Origin: Amphiscolops sp. MND2022
Taxonomy: Eukaryota
NCBI GenBank assembly: GCA_964187785.1
Contig: OZ076409.1
Coordinates: 3,102,001 to 3,166,000, forward strand
Direction of reading: 5' to 3'
DNA: 64,000 nucleotides
Shown here: piece after piece, positions 62,601 to 64,000 of the stretch
Numbering within the stretch: position 1 is the first letter of the stretch
Layout: each line of letters opens with the position of its first letter
Program-made: the position numbers and the translations under genes
Notes under the pieces: generated by a model
The model's database searches: none
The model's input: only the letters and a program-made list of their open reading frames with translations
What the model was told of the DNA's origin: nothing

Positions 62601-64000
62601 ATAGACGAGGGAAAAGGATTATGAGTGAAGACTGGATTATCTGAAATGTTATTGCGATGTATTTTGCTGTTCTATTCGATTTGTAATCCCTAATTCACTA
62701 AATTTGAACAGAGATGTTTTAACGATGATTAGTATAAATGAACAAGTCGTAAAGAAAGTAGCAGGAAATTAGTAAGGTGAATAGGAAAGTTCATCCAATG
62801 TTCATCGCAGTTGTAAGTGTGTCAAAAGAGATTACTCAGTTTTTCAGTATTATAGTTTCTGAAGATGAAAATGAGATGTCTTTTCAAGTAAAATTCGACG
62901 TGAGGTGTTCAACTGGATTGTAGCTTGTCGCAATTTCGGTCTGAGTAATCGCTAATGGCGGTCCAAAATACAGCAGTTCACGTGTCTTTTCAGGCTGGTA
63001 AGACGCTAAATCTCTTACCAGCCGACTCTTATTGGCTATTGCCAGTTGGTGCTAATTGGTAAGTCACGTGACCGGTGTTGTGAACTGCCGCAAGTTGGCC
63101 AAACCACATGGTACATCTACATATGCTAATTATGACTAATCATCACTTTACAATGTCGCAATTACCTGCACGCAGCATCATGGTTTCTATAGCAACTCAA
63201 ATCATTCAATAATGTACTAATTTCAAGTCAAACCAGAGTAAACTGTATCACAGGATGGGAAAACGATGTTTTCCAACTAATTCCAGCACTAAAATCAATA
63301 CTTCAAAACTAAAGATGGAAATGCGATGAATTTGTCAGAGTATTTGCTGATTTTCAAGCCTAGTTTAGCTCTGGATGAAAATGCGATGAATGGTGGTCTT
63401 TTCGCTCGAAAATCAACACGATATAAACTGACGATGATAAAAGGATGAACTCGTCTTCAAAATGAACGATTTCCAGCACAATTTAAATCGACGATGGTAA
63501 AAGGATGAACTCTCCTCGAAAATAACTAATTTCCAGCACTAGTGAAATTGACGATGAATTCAGGATGAATTCGGTCGATAAAACAGGTGAAGCAGTTAAT
63601 TCTACAGTAAAGACAAATGTACGATGAGCTTAGGATGAATACATTCAATAAAACAGCAAAATCAAATGTATCAAATTCCAATGATGAGTTTAGGATGAAC
63701 TCGTGAATTAAAACAGCAACTATCGAAGCAATTCAAACTAGCGATGAGTTTAGGATGAACTCATCCACTAAAATGGTAAATCTCAACACAAGATGAAATC
63801 ATGATGAATTAATGATGGATTTGCTAAACAAATCAGATAACCAGCGCAATCACTCTTTTTTAGGATGGGTTAAGGATGTACTTTCTCATTTCTCTTCTAT
63901 GCTAGTATGACGATGAATAAAGGATGTCTTACTGTCCTTAAGAAATGAGAAGCACATTTGTGAGTTTCTACATGAAATATGACGATGAATTAGTGATGAG
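62291..64000 (-). repeat. 5' LTR (partial; truncated by the window end)
   Basis: Near-identical to 45254-46963. Confidence 0.95.

Larger units (their letters stand above)
45254..64000 (-). mobile_element. Large, young Ty3/Gypsy LTR retrotransposon (predicted ~19.3 kb; 5' LTR runs beyond the window)
   Basis: Direct repeat 45254.. = 62291.. at a constant offset of 17037, with only four substitutions noticed over 1710 bp. Intact gag and pol; PBS; PR-RT-RH-IN domain order. Confidence 0.97.

Overview
AT-rich, repeat-dense eukaryotic (metazoan-like) genomic DNA. The left 45 kb holds a six-exon + strand host gene for a small repeat protein (about 11728-35700). Its 17-kb intron contains an antisense GalNAc-transferase-like gene that appears to have lost its catalytic residues. 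Also present are LINE fragments, non-autonomous DNA-element families, a solo LTR with a 5-bp TSD and a decayed Gypsy element. The right 19 kb (45254 to beyond 64000, minus strand) is a young, apparently intact, very large Ty3/Gypsy LTR retrotransposon with an unusual organisation. (i) Its roughly 2.3-kb LTRs contain the first ~103 codons of gag. (ii) gag and pol are joined by a -1 slippery site. (iii) An 8.4-kb region between pol and the 3' LTR carries two antisense, intron-containing genes: a ~326-aa disordered protein and a ~732-aa protein with an N-terminal C2H2/BED-like zinc finger. (iv) About 50 copies of a GATG-N7-GATG motif sit in ~60-70-bp phased arrays in the LTR, in the internal non-coding spacers and even in pol linkers. 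The best candidate novel system is a retrotransposon-encoded DNA-binding factor together with its own element-wide binding-site array, possibly for anti-silencing or trans-activation. All gene models are manual splice predictions; no database searches were run.
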